A DNA stretch of 60,307 nucleotides, from assembly GCA_964612565.1 (NCBI GenBank), contig CAZTDP010000006.1, positions 1 through 60,307 on the forward strand, read 5' to 3'. Below are positions 24,653 through 34,088 of this stretch, one piece after another; the first letter of the stretch is position 1, and the number at the start of each line of letters is the position of its first letter. This DNA comes from an uncultured Candidatus Saccharibacteria bacterium. GTDB taxonomy: Bacteria; Patescibacteriota; WWE3; UBA101185; UBA10185. Both the position numbers and the translations under genes were made by a program. The notes beneath the pieces were generated by a model that was not told the origin of the DNA, did no database searches, and saw only the letters and a list, made by a program, of their open reading frames with translations.

Positions 24653-26193
24653 GACTTGTAGATCCCAACGTCAGTGAGGAGAAACGCGTAGACGAGATCG
24701 GGCGCGCCGACCGCAAGTGTCGAGTACGGGATGGTCTCAAGGAATGTCGCACCAGCAACAGACGAAACGGCTGCCGGAATCCCGTTCGCGATGCGTGAGC
24801 CAATGTTTTGCGGCCATTTCGTCGCGGTTGGAGCTGGGCAGCGCACCTGCCGCTTGCCGTCCCCCGGTGGATACTCGACGGCCTCGCCGACCCCGGTGGT
24901 CGCGACCTGCTTGCCAATCTCGTCAACGATTCCCTGGAGAGCATCACTCCAGGGGCTCACGGATTGGCCAGCGATCGGAACGTATGACGTGTCGGAGAGG
25001 CCGGACCCGGCGTTGACTGTGATGTCCCAGGGACCGGTTCCGCTCACGGTGAGGATGGTCTTGCGGACCATCTTGCCGGTGGTTCTATCGAGTAGACCGA
25101 TCGTCGTTCCTGGCGACGGCTGCGTCTCTCCAGTGTAGACGCCGGACGCCTTCGAAATGCGAAAGCTCGTCGCGGTTGTAGCCGGCGACGCGGCGATGAC
25201 CTTGCGCGCGGTGCCTGCTCCGTACGTGGGCCACGGAGCGAAGTCGTTCCAACCTGCTCCGGTCGTGTCGAGCTCGACGCTGACCGCTACCGAGGTTGAC
25301 GCGTCTACGACCGTCATTGGCAGCAGTGAAAAATCACCAGGGAACCCCGACGGTGCCATGCCGTTGACCGCGTACTGGTAGAGCGCCGAGAGCTCGAGCG
25401 CTGACGGGGCGCGTGACTTCCACCACTGGTCGCTCTTCATGAGCGCGGTGATTCCGCACGTCCCAGGACCCAAGAGCGCCGGGTAGCAGAAGCCCTTTGC
25501 GACTGCGAGGCCGTGACCAGTCGTCTTCGCGCCATTCGAGAGCGTGCGCCCAGTCGAGTCCTTGAGAAGGGCCAGGATGTCTGCCTCATTCCCGTGGCTC
25601 GCTGGATTCGCTAGCATGTCCGAGATGCGAGCCTTCCACTCGTCGAGTGTTTCCTTTGCGCGCCCGCCGTAGATGCCGGTTCCATCGACAGACTCGGACA
25701 CCTCAGCCATCGCGTAGCAGCCTGGTCTCAACACAGACCAGTTGAGCTTCTTGCCGGCAGCGACGATGGTCCCGCTTCCGTAGTCGACGCTCGAAACGGG
25801 AACCAAATCGCCAGTGGCGTAGGCGGTCGCGGTCGCGTTCGTCGTCTCGAAGATCTGCTTCGTGTCGGGATCCGTGAGGCGATCGCCTGGTTGAATCGTG
25901 GAGCTCCCAGCCGCGTCCATGATGACGTAGCCTGTCGACTTCGACTCGAGTTGACGCGGGCATAGGTCACCGTACTGCGCCCTCGTCTCTTCCTCGGTGA
26001 GGTCTTTGAGCGGGATCTTGCGAGCGATCGCTACCGCGTTTGCGCTGTCGATTGCCAGCATTTCACCGACAGCCGAGGCGATGACGTACGGGTACGAGCC
26101 TTCGCCAACGTCGATGTCGTCGTTGCGATTCGACGCGTTTCGAAGGATCATGTCGCGCCACTGCGTGGCGTTGTAGGCGGTAGGATCAGGCAT
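24649..26193 (-). CDS. baseplate J-like protein (Mu gp47 / P2 gpJ type)
   Basis: 514 aa. Position between the gp25/W-like and gp48-like genes. The N-terminal region is typical of the family by eye. Confidence 0.6.
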   Translation of the reverse strand: MPDPTAYNATQWRDMILRNASNRNDDIDVGEGSYPYVIASAVGEMLAIDSANAVAIARKIPLKDLTEEETRAQYGDLCPRQLESKSTGYVIMDAAGSSTIQPGDRLTDPDTKQIFETTNATATAYATGDLVPVSSVDYGSGTIVAAGKKLNWSVLRPGCYAMAEVSESVDGTGIYGGRAKETLDEWKARISDMLANPASHGNEADILALLKDSTGRTLSNGAKTTGHGLAVAKGFCYPALLGPGTCGITALMKSDQWWKSRAPSALELSALYQYAVNGMAPSGFPGDFSLLPMTVVDASTSVAVSVELDTTGAGWNDFAPWPTYGAGTARKVIAASPATTATSFRISKASGVYTGETQPSPGTTIGLLDRTTGKMVRKTILTVSGTGPWDITVNAGSGLSDTSYVPIAGQSVSPWSDALQGIVDEIGKQVATTGVGEAVEYPPGDGKRQVRCPAPTATKWPQNIGSRIANGIPAAVSSVAGATFLETIPYSTLAVGAPDLVYAFLLTDVGIYKS

Positions 26194-26611
26194 ACCACTC
26201 CAAGCGCTGCTCGTGCTGCATCACGTTGCGCGGGTCTGCGGTGACGAGGTTGACGTACGAGACCGTCACCTCGAGCCCGCTATTGCGGATTCGGTGCTCG
26301 ATCTTCGTGACAGTCGCTTTTCCTTCGGCGACGAGCCGAGAGAGCGGGAACGCACTCAGGACAGCCGAGCGCACATCGTCCGCGAGCGAAGGCGATCCGA
26401 GGTAACGGATCTGGCGAAGCTTGTTCCCCGTGGTTGGCGAAGTCGGAATCGATCCGGCGTCGACCGATAGTGAGAGCGCCATGCCCTCGTCGACGGGATG
26501 CACGCCAGCGATCTGGCCGTCGGCATTGAGGCGCAGATCTTTGGTCGCGCCGTCGTAGTAGACGCCGCCGGCAAGGTACGGGCGGCGCCCTGAGGGGAGT
26601 GTGGTCGTCAT
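26186..26611 (-). CDS. baseplate wedge protein, gp25/GPW-like (by position)
   Basis: 141 aa. Immediately upstream of and overlapping the J-like gene, with Mu gp46-like synteny. Confidence 0.45.
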   Translation of the reverse strand: MTTTLPSGRRPYLAGGVYYDGATKDLRLNADGQIAGVHPVDEGMALSLSVDAGSIPTSPTTGNKLRQIRYLGSPSLADDVRSAVLSAFPLSRLVAEGKATVTKIEHRIRNSGLEVTVSYVNLVTADPRNVMQHEQRLEWYA

Positions 26612-26614
26612 GGG

Positions 26615-26950
26615 TCAAACCTGGGCGTCGAGCGGGCAGGCCACGGCGGGCGGCTCGGGGATCGCGGGGACCTTCGGGAGGGCGGGAACGGGGGCAACCA
26701 AGGCGGGCACCGGCACCGTCGGGCACTTGAGCGTCATTCCCGGCACGCTGGGCGGCTGTGGAGGCGTCGGCGGCGCGGGAACCTTGGGCAGGGCAGGCGT
26801 CGGGACAACGACGCTAGGAGCGCTCATGGACGGGCATCCTGGCCACGGCGGAGCGGGAGGGGTAGGCGGCGTCGGGAGCTTGGGGACAGCTGGCACAGGG
26901 GCAACCAGTCCGGGAGGGACAGGCAGCGGGTAGGCGCAGCGGGAGGCCAT
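26615..26950 (-). CDS. proline-rich repeat protein (111 aa)
   Basis: ATG 26950 forms an ATGA overlap with the upstream stop. The stop lies 3 nt before the next ATG. Reads MASRCAYPLPVPPGLVAPVPAVPKLPTPPTPPAPPWPGC... with three VPA(L/V)PK(L/V)P-type units. Confidence 0.5.
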   Translation of the reverse strand: MASRCAYPLPVPPGLVAPVPAVPKLPTPPTPPAPPWPGCPSMSAPSVVVPTPALPKVPAPPTPPQPPSVPGMTLKCPTVPVPALVAPVPALPKVPAIPEPPAVACPLDAQV

Positions 26951-27690
26951 CAGATGGCTTTGAGCATTTGGGTAGCGCAGGCTGGCGTTTGGAGGGCAGC
27001 AGCGAGCGCCGTAAGCGCCGCCATGACCTGCGCTTGGGTTGCTGGCGCACCGCCACCAGCGAACGCAGCAGATGCGGCGGTGATGGCCAGAGCGAACCCC
27101 GTAGCGTTGACGACGGATTGCCCACCAGCCCCACCAACACTGAGGCTCGTGTTGATCGTCAGCGCTCCGTTCACCGTCACCTCGGTGCCGTTGATCTGAA
27201 TGTACCCGCCGCCAGGCACGGAGATCATCCACCCGGTGTCGGTTTTGCAGTAGAGCAACGATCCGCCAGCGTGGCGCAACTCGATCAGATCTGCGTCATT
27301 CGCGTCGGCCCCCACCGTGATGGCGTGCGCCGAACTCCCGCGGGGGACGTACCAAAGTGTAGAGTGCTTGACCGCATCGAGCAGAACGAACGCGCCGTCG
27401 CTATTCCACTGCGCCGAGCTTCCCTGTGTGAGTGGCGGGCACTTGTCGTTGAAGCGCGGATCGTGCCCGAGCCAGGCGAACCCGCCGGCATTGGAGACGA
27501 GGCAGTTGCATCCGATCCCGTCGGCGAAGTCCACCGGGCGCGAAGCGAAACCGAATGGCGGCTGAAACTCGCGGCTCGAGAGCCCCGCGTTGTCCCCGAA
27601 CCCGATCGGGTTGATCCCGTACCAGGACTTGGCGTCCATGGCCGACGTCGAAACGACAGCCATGCGCAGCGAGTAGCCTTCGAACCTCAT
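26950..27690 (-). CDS. baseplate spike/assembly protein, Mu gp45-like
   Basis: FQPPFGFASRPVDFADGIGCNCLVSNAGG resembles the Mu Gp45 block. Sits after the gp44-like gene. Confidence 0.55.
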   Translation of the reverse strand: MRFEGYSLRMAVVSTSAMDAKSWYGINPIGFGDNAGLSSREFQPPFGFASRPVDFADGIGCNCLVSNAGGFAWLGHDPRFNDKCPPLTQGSSAQWNSDGAFVLLDAVKHSTLWYVPRGSSAHAITVGADANDADLIELRHAGGSLLYCKTDTGWMISVPGGGYIQINGTEVTVNGALTINTSLSVGGAGGQSVVNATGFALAITAASAAFAGGGAPATQAQVMAALTALAAALQTPACATQMLKAI

Positions 27691-28982
27691 AGCGGATCAA
27701 CCAGCAGTGGAACAGATTCGCGTTTGACTTCGGACTCGCCAAGCACTTCGGTGTCTTCGCCGAGGTACATCAGGTCGGTCTGGCGCAAGAGGTGGAGCTT
27801 CGTCACGGTGCCGGATGCATCCCGCGAAAACTCGACCTTCTCGATGTACATGTCCTCGTGAATTCCAGGATCCATGAGGCGGTTGTCGTATTTCTCGAGG
27901 TACGGGAACGCGAGTTCGTCGTCGTCAACACGGACAACGGTGTCAGGCGTCCAGATGGCGCGTTCCGATGAGTTCCAGAGCACCGGGACCGTGTGCCCCG
28001 ACACCGTGTAGACCAGCGTGCGGTTCGCTCTACGTTCTTCGGCAAGCGTTCGGCGGGCCTTGTGCTGGCAGTCTTGCACCGTCTTGCAGTCGTTGTCATG
28101 CAGGATGAGGCAATCCGGGAACCCCATCGCGAACATCTCGAAGTCGTTCCACTCGCCATAGAGCGCGATCTGTCCGTTTTTGTCGGGCCGCCCCTTGCCG
28201 TAGACTCGGCACCAGGCGTGACGCGCCGATGTGCGATTCTGGAACGCGTGCGAGACGACGTTGCCGGTCGTACGATCCTGCCCGCGGTAGCGGTAGATCG
28301 AGTAGATCGGCTCCATGAACGCGGTGGGGCGCGCGAGGATGAGATCCCCGTCTGCCCCGCACCAGAGATAGAGACCGATTCGCTTGTACTGCGCGACGAG
28401 GAAATCCCACCACGACTGGCCGATTTCACAGTCAACCTTCTGGTATTCGATCTTGGCTCCGCTCGGCGTCGATAGGTTGGTCTCGATGACCTCGATCGAC
28501 TTCTGGCCGCCCTTGAGCTTCGACTTTACGCGGCTGGCGGCGTTGCGGTTCGCCACGTTGCCGGCGACCAGCTTCGTGTTCTGGTACCCGACGATCCTCA
28601 AGACCTCCTTCGTTAGGTCGAAGTACGTCGGAGTTCCCCAGGCCTTTTCCTCAATGACGTAGTTTTTCGTGAGCGGCGCCAGCAAGTCGCGGCCCTCGAC
28701 GCTCACTTCGGTAGCCCCTGATCCTGGGCTTGCTGTCGTGTCCTCGATCAGCCCAGTGAAGATTTTGGTGTTGCCCAAGAAAAGCGTCACGCGTTGGCGC
28801 GGCCGCATCGCCGAGAGCAACTCCCTCGACAGGTCACCGCTCCCAACAGTGAACGAGAACGTCGACGGCTGCTGAAGGATCCCGCGCGTGAACGAGTAGC
28901 GGGTCGCGTTCGAGATGCAGCGCCCGTCGACCTGAAGCGTCAACTGGTCGTCGAGGCCCCCGAGGGCTTCCTTCGTAGCCAT
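27687..28982 (-). CDS. baseplate hub protein, Mu gp44 / P2 gpD-like
   Basis: 431 aa. Follows the DNA-circulation-like gene, with overlapping start and stop. Confidence 0.55.
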   Translation of the reverse strand: MATKEALGGLDDQLTLQVDGRCISNATRYSFTRGILQQPSTFSFTVGSGDLSRELLSAMRPRQRVTLFLGNTKIFTGLIEDTTASPGSGATEVSVEGRDLLAPLTKNYVIEEKAWGTPTYFDLTKEVLRIVGYQNTKLVAGNVANRNAASRVKSKLKGGQKSIEVIETNLSTPSGAKIEYQKVDCEIGQSWWDFLVAQYKRIGLYLWCGADGDLILARPTAFMEPIYSIYRYRGQDRTTGNVVSHAFQNRTSARHAWCRVYGKGRPDKNGQIALYGEWNDFEMFAMGFPDCLILHDNDCKTVQDCQHKARRTLAEERRANRTLVYTVSGHTVPVLWNSSERAIWTPDTVVRVDDDELAFPYLEKYDNRLMDPGIHEDMYIEKVEFSRDASGTVTKLHLLRQTDLMYLGEDTEVLGESEVKRESVPLLVDPL

Positions 28983-29884
28983 CAGGCGGCGTCCTTGTAG
29001 TAACGGATCGCGGTGCCCTGCGGAATCGAGAGCGGGTCGTTGATGCTGTTCAGGGAGAGCAGTTCAGCGCTTCTGGCTGTCGTGCCGTAGATCTGAACCG
29101 AGACCTCCGAGAGCGTCGACAGGTGCCGCACGTTGTAGAGCGAGGTCGAGATCCCGATCGATTGCTGGTCGTCGCGGACCCGCCGAACCTCTGACAGCAA
29201 CTGGTGAAGAGAATCACAGAGCGTGAAGTTTGCCGGATCGCCGATGAAGTCAGCCGTTGCGAACAGCTCCCGCAGCATGTTGATCGCGGCGCCGCACTTC
29301 GCTTCCAACAGGTTGTTGTAGAGGTCAAACTGGTCCTTGTAGGCCAGAACGTCCGAGCACGCGCGCATGACGCGGTCGAAGAGGTTTTGCTTCGAGCCCG
29401 GCAGCTTCCGAATCTCGCTCTCGGCTGCCAGCTTCGCGTTCGTTATCCCGCGCGACTTCTGTGCGATGGCGCTCTCGATGAGGCGTAGCCGCTCTTGGTC
29501 TTCGCGAAACTTGAGCGTGACGGCCTCGCCACTCGTGACGGAGCTTCGGAGCGTGCGCTGCCAGTTGGTGCAGTAGGCGCGGATCGGGGTGCCGATCTGC
29601 GGGAGCACCAGGTCTTTCGTCTCGCCGGCATCGAACAGAGCCATGAGCTTGTTCAGGTTTCCGGGCCACAGATCCGCGTACTGCTTCGGCACGAAATCGC
29701 CGTGGAACTTGGACGTGACGTTGAAGACGTAAAGCTTGCGCCCAAGCTTCTCAGGCGCACCACCAGGGCTGTGCGGGTACTCGTGCACGTGGTCCCGCAT
29801 CTCGCCGTCAATCGTGATCTCGACGTAGGGAAACGAGATGCCGTCGAACGACAGCTGGACGAGTTTTCGCGTGAGGTTCGGCAT
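28982..29884 (-). CDS. Mu gp43-like DNA circulation protein with C-terminal LysM-like motif
   Basis: SFDGISFPYVEITIDGEMRDHVHEYPHSPGGAPEKLGRKLYVFNV matches the DNA_circ_N pattern (F.G..F......G.R...HEYP......E.LGR). The C-terminus reads LYNVRHLSTLSEVSVQIYG......LLSLNSINDPLSIPQGTAIRY. Confidence 0.7.
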   Translation of the reverse strand: MPNLTRKLVQLSFDGISFPYVEITIDGEMRDHVHEYPHSPGGAPEKLGRKLYVFNVTSKFHGDFVPKQYADLWPGNLNKLMALFDAGETKDLVLPQIGTPIRAYCTNWQRTLRSSVTSGEAVTLKFREDQERLRLIESAIAQKSRGITNAKLAAESEIRKLPGSKQNLFDRVMRACSDVLAYKDQFDLYNNLLEAKCGAAINMLRELFATADFIGDPANFTLCDSLHQLLSEVRRVRDDQQSIGISTSLYNVRHLSTLSEVSVQIYGTTARSAELLSLNSINDPLSIPQGTAIRYYKDAA

Positions 29885-32286
29885 TACTGCGTGACCGTGG
29901 GCGGGCCGCCGAGGCTAGGTGTCCCCATCTCGGAAAAGAGCTTGAAGTCTTCGGTGTTTGTGACGCGGACCTGGAGGGTCTTCGAGAGCTGTCCGGTTAG
30001 CTCACGGGCAACGACGGCTGTGATGTCGGTGACACTCACCTGTTTCCCGTTTGCGTCGACCTGTGATCCTCGCGCATTGTCGAGTGTCGCCTTGTCGGAG
30101 GCGAATTGACGGCGCGCGTCCATGTCGCGGGCTGAGCTATCGATGGCGGCAAGCGTGTTGAAGTAGATGTCGGAGTTTCCGAATAGCCTATCAACGAAGC
30201 CTCTTGACCCTTCGTCCTGCTCGAGGTTCGTCTTTGCCCGCTTCACTGCCGCGGCTCGCTCCTCGTCGGTCTTCGCGTTCCCGTACTCCTCTTGGAAGTC
30301 GAATAAGATTCCGTTCCCGGATTTCGCTTGACGCGCCTTTGCTTCATTCACAACCGTGCTTGCAGAGTTGAGGACAGCAGTAGTGATCATGAATGTGGCA
30401 GCGCCAAGCGCGAGCGCCCCCATTGAGTTCGCAACGACACCCATGCCGCCGCTCAAGGCACCACCAACCGAGGCCCCGCCGCTGGAAAGCAGACCAGCGA
30501 CACCGCTACCAACCCCGGTAGCGCCTCCGCCACCACCAACCGCCCCACCAATCAACCCATGGATCCCGCGCTCCAAGATGAGCCGCCCGAAGGACTCGGT
30601 AGCCGCCCGCGCGACGCTTGCACCGAGCAGCACCATGACGGCCTGCCACGGGTTCCCTGCTGCCCACGCAACCGCGTCCGAGAACGTGTTGGCGAGCTCG
30701 AGAGCCTTGGGCGCAAGCTGCTCGAGCGCCGGCAAGAGCCGGTTTGCCATCGAGGTCGTGATGACATCGAGCTTGTTCTGGAACTCTGCCGCTCGTGCCG
30801 CGGTGGTCTTGTTGTAGTCTTCGAGGTTCGCCTTCTCGACGTCCTTCGTCATCTGCGCCGACATGAACGGCTTGATCTTCTCGAGCGCCGCCTGCCAGCC
30901 CTTCTCGCCACCTCCGGCCGCGTTGAACGCGTTCGTGAGACCGCGGATCGGTTTCTGCCCAAGCGTGTCGGCCCACATCTGCGTCATGGCGGGGATGTTC
31001 CCCTTTGACGCGATGAGCGAGTCCTTGATGATGTCCAGGATCGGGCGCTTCTGCGTACCGGACTCATTGAACAGGTTGACGCCGTGGCGCTTGAACGAGT
31101 TGATGCGAGCGCCCTTCGACGTCGTGTTCGCGAATGCCGCGATAGACCGCGCCGCGTCTGCGCCGGAAGTTGCGCCGCCCTCTGCAATCGAGAGCTGGGT
31201 GAGTGCCGAGAGCTCCAATATGTTCTTCGAAACGTCGCCCTGGAACATCTTCGCGTTGGCCGCGATTCGCCCCATTTGAGAGGCGTACTCTTCCATTTCA
31301 ACGGCGCCAACCGCAGTCTGTCCGACAATGCCGCGCATCACGTCAAGCGTGCGCTCGGCTGCGTCGGGCATGCCATTGAGCTGGTTGTAGACGAAGCCAG
31401 CCGCGCTGCCCATCTCGCCCATGTTCGCCCCCGACGCGAGGGTCATTGCGGCAAGGTCCTGCGCGTACTTCGATGCCGCCTCAAAGTCACCAGTCTTGCC
31501 GGTGAACGCGCGCATCATCTCGGTGATTTGCTCAGGGTCTGTCTTGAGCGCGGTCCCAACTTCGAGGGACTTTCCAGTCCAGAACGCTCCGCCTTGGCTC
31601 TTGCCGGTGGCGATCCGCTCTTGCTGGGCGAGACCCATGCCTGCGGTCTCACGCTCGCGAGCTCGAGCCACGCCCCCAGATAGGGACATGTCGATACCGG
31701 CGCCCCGCATGAGGTCGCCAGCCACGCGCTTCGAATAGCCAAGGGCCCCTTCTGGACGCGGGAAAAAGAACCGCGTCGCACGGTGGCTTGTGCGCGTCGC
31801 AAACCGGTCAATCTCGCGCGCCTGCTTGTATTCCTCGCGATAGCGCTCCCGGGCAGCCTGGCGCTGCACGCGGTTCATTTCGCGCTGGACGGCCTGCTGG
31901 GCCTTGACCATGCGCGCCTGGGACTCGCGCTCTGCCTTCTCCTCCTGGGAGATGGTAGCGAGGCGATCCCGTGTGCGCTCACGATTCAATCGGGCCTGGG
32001 CAAGCGCGGTAGCCCGCTCGGTTCGCAGTTGCTCGACAGCGATCGCGCGATTCAGTCGCGATTTCTCGCGGTACATGTCGCGCTCGATCTTCAGTTGCAT
32101 CGATGCGACCTGCTTGGCGGACAGCATCAGCTGTGAGTTCTGCTTCTGCTGGTCGCTCGTGGCTTTCCCGGATTCCCGCCTGGTCGTCTCGAAGGCACGC
32201 TTCGACCGCTTCTCGATGTCCGTGAACACGGAGTCGATGGAGCGGTCTTGGGCAGCTCCGATTCTGACGATGATGTCGGCGGGCAT
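29884..32286 (-). CDS. tape measure protein
   Basis: 800 aa with a long helical N-terminal region and a Gly/Ala-rich hydrophobic segment. Lies between the chaperone genes and the baseplate genes. Confidence 0.8.
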   Translation of the reverse strand: MPADIIVRIGAAQDRSIDSVFTDIEKRSKRAFETTRRESGKATSDQQKQNSQLMLSAKQVASMQLKIERDMYREKSRLNRAIAVEQLRTERATALAQARLNRERTRDRLATISQEEKAERESQARMVKAQQAVQREMNRVQRQAARERYREEYKQAREIDRFATRTSHRATRFFFPRPEGALGYSKRVAGDLMRGAGIDMSLSGGVARARERETAGMGLAQQERIATGKSQGGAFWTGKSLEVGTALKTDPEQITEMMRAFTGKTGDFEAASKYAQDLAAMTLASGANMGEMGSAAGFVYNQLNGMPDAAERTLDVMRGIVGQTAVGAVEMEEYASQMGRIAANAKMFQGDVSKNILELSALTQLSIAEGGATSGADAARSIAAFANTTSKGARINSFKRHGVNLFNESGTQKRPILDIIKDSLIASKGNIPAMTQMWADTLGQKPIRGLTNAFNAAGGGEKGWQAALEKIKPFMSAQMTKDVEKANLEDYNKTTAARAAEFQNKLDVITTSMANRLLPALEQLAPKALELANTFSDAVAWAAGNPWQAVMVLLGASVARAATESFGRLILERGIHGLIGGAVGGGGGATGVGSGVAGLLSSGGASVGGALSGGMGVVANSMGALALGAATFMITTAVLNSASTVVNEAKARQAKSGNGILFDFQEEYGNAKTDEERAAAVKRAKTNLEQDEGSRGFVDRLFGNSDIYFNTLAAIDSSARDMDARRQFASDKATLDNARGSQVDANGKQVSVTDITAVVARELTGQLSKTLQVRVTNTEDFKLFSEMGTPSLGGPPTVTQ

Positions 32287-32292
32287 GGGTCG

Positions 32293-32814
32293 TTACGGCT
32301 TCAGTTCGTCGAGCAGGAAACGGGAGAGTCGTCGAAAGCGAGCGGCGCGGTTCGGTGAGGTGGCTTCGAGGATCCCGACGGTCCCCTCGGAGATGGCCTC
32401 GGCTAGGTCGTAGAGCTCGTCGTCGTTCGCCTCGGGGGAGATGGGCGACGTCTCGATCATCAACCGCTCGAGCTCGTCGTAGATGGCCTGGATGGCCTCG
32501 GGACGCAGCGCGGTCGGGATCTGAGTGTCTGGCGCAGGGAACAGCTCGGGAGGCTGCGACGCATCCTCGGGATCGCACAGGGCAACCGCAGCGGCGCACG
32601 TGATGAGCTCCCGCTTGTAGTTCTCGGGGGACTTCTCCGAACGCTCCTTCGCGATCGCCTGCGCGTACGTGAGGTCTCCGTCGGACAAGAAGCGGAGCCC
32701 AAGCTTGACCGAGGTAAGCGGGCGGTCCTTGCTGGCGCTCGCCCAGTGCTCAGGCTTCAGCAGGAAGTGCCCAGCTGGCAGCGGCTTCTGCTCGGTCTGC
32801 TGCGCGTAGTTCAC
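32293..32814 (-). CDS. tail assembly chaperone-like protein (173 aa)
   Basis: GTG 32814 forms a GTGA overlap. Acidic. Located directly upstream of the tape measure gene. Confidence 0.45.
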   Translation of the reverse strand: MNYAQQTEQKPLPAGHFLLKPEHWASASKDRPLTSVKLGLRFLSDGDLTYAQAIAKERSEKSPENYKRELITCAAAVALCDPEDASQPPELFPAPDTQIPTALRPEAIQAIYDELERLMIETSPISPEANDDELYDLAEAISEGTVGILEATSPNRAARFRRLSRFLLDELKP

Positions 32815-33557
32815 CGCCGCTTACCCTTCGTCGTCTTCTTGCTTCTGGCCGCCGAACTTCCAGCTTTCGAGGGTGACCGATTTGCCCTTGGCAGCGAGGC
32901 GTCCAAGCTGCTCGGCTCGGTACTTGAGAGCCCGGAAGCGATGGAGCTCCAAGCGGGGGACGCGACTAGCAGCGCAGCCAAAGTATGCGTGAATTTCAAC
33001 CGCAGACCCGGCCGCATATAGGCTAAAAAATCAGCGTCGTCCGCTGCCTTCTCAGCCGCTTCGGCAAGGCGATAGTCCTGCAGCGTGTTCGCTTGCGGGT
33101 TTACCTTGTCGCGCCAGATCTCGTAACGCTCGTAGAGGTAAGCAACCGTGTCCGCCGTGATGTTGCGCTTCGGATCGTTACGCAGCGTCTCGGCCGCTTC
33201 CTCGATCGTGTCCCCGAAAAACAACAGCGGCGCACGTGGATCAGTATCCGGATCCACGCACGCCGTAGCGAGCAGGTACACCCGGAGCGCCTTGACGCAG
33301 ATCGGGTGCACGTCGTCGTATTTCTCCACCCCTTGGCTGCGCGCGTAGGCCTCGGCGAGTCGATGACACGTGTCCTCTTCGCCGTCCGTTAGGGCACGAA
33401 TGCCGCACACGGGAGCCGTCGAAACCGAGTCGCGAGACGCTTGCGCGCGCTGCTCGTCGGTACCTTGCTGCAGCCCGTGAGGCAGGTTCGCCAACGGCAC
33501 GACGACGCGCTCGAAGGCCCAGCCACTCGCGGGGATCTTGTTGTCTGAGTAACGCAT
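32811..33557 (-). CDS. tail assembly chaperone with candidate -1 frameshift site
   Basis: The zero-frame ORF is 248 aa. After codon 178 the zero frame turns Ser/Ala/Pro/Arg-rich and uses rare codons. The -1 frame opens exactly at the slip site and reads FSLYAAGSAVEIHAYFGCAASRVPRLELHRFRALKYRAEQLGRLAAKGKSVTLESWKFGGQKQEDDEG, ending at TAA 32823-32821. Confidence 0.6.
   Translation of the reverse strand: MRYSDNKIPASGWAFERVVVPLANLPHGLQQGTDEQRAQASRDSVSTAPVCGIRALTDGEEDTCHRLAEAYARSQGVEKYDDVHPICVKALRVYLLATACVDPDTDPRAPLLFFGDTIEEAAETLRNDPKRNITADTVAYLYERYEIWRDKVNPQANTLQDYRLAEAAEKAADDADFLAYMRPGLRLKFTHTLAALLVASPAWSSIASGLSSTEPSSLDASLPRANRSPSKAGSSAARSKKTTKGKRR
33024..33030 (-). other. slippery heptamer T TTT TTA in zero-frame register
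   Basis: The - strand reads GAT TTT TTA (codons 176-178). In the -1 frame a TGA (33033-33031) lies immediately 5' of the heptamer. Confidence 0.55.
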
Positions 33558-33626
33558 GCGAACCTCCCAGAACGCTTGCAGTAGAGTGCCTTGGTGGGTT
33601 TCCCCTCATTCCGCCCAGGCGCGGAC

Positions 33627-33668
33627 GCGGCGACGGCGGGAGGGTTGCCTTGTGGGCACCGTCGCCGC
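33627..33668 (-). other. 10-bp GC hairpin between the tube and chaperone genes (possible attenuator)
   Basis: GCGGCGACGG (33627-33636) pairs with CCGTCGCCGC (33659-33668) around a 22-nt loop. No U-tract. Confidence 0.35.
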
Positions 33669-33678
33669 CAGGAATGCC

Positions 33679-34059
33679 TTAGGTTCTACGAGGTGAGCCA
33701 CCAGTGAGCTGGAACGACCCGCTCATGGTGCCAGCCTTGTGGTCCCATTCGACATCATCACCGGTCACGTAGTAGTCGCCGGTTTCGATCTTGCCGTCGA
33801 TGATTCCAAGCTGAATTTTGACAGCTTCACCAGAGTCGAGCGATTCCGCGAAACGCTGTGTTTCTGGGTTGCCCTCGAACAAGACTACGTGATCGAAGCT
33901 CAGATCAGAGATAAGAGCGCCAACCGCGTACCCAAGGACGACACCACTGTCACCAGTTTCGAGTGTTCCATTGTTCTTCCTTGAACGCTTGCCGCGGTTT
34001 GCTGTGGCAACTTTCTTGCCGTTGATATAGAGCGATGCCGCGCGAATATGCTTCGCCAT
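33679..34059 (-). CDS. tail tube protein
   Basis: 126 aa, immediately after the sheath gene. Beta-rich. Confidence 0.65.
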   Translation of the reverse strand: MAKHIRAASLYINGKKVATANRGKRSRKNNGTLETGDSGVVLGYAVGALISDLSFDHVVLFEGNPETQRFAESLDSGEAVKIQLGIIDGKIETGDYYVTGDDVEWDHKAGTMSGSFQLTGGSPRRT

Positions 34060-34088
34060 TGTGAGTTGCTCCTGTTACGCGCGGCCCG

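Noticed and set aside
26601-26933. Gly-rich 110-aa + strand ORF in the baseplate region
   Set aside because: It is the complement of the Pro-rich - strand ORF, which is translationally coupled to both neighbours. The + ORF has no RBS and opposes the operon. I kept it only as an alternative in the corresponding finding.
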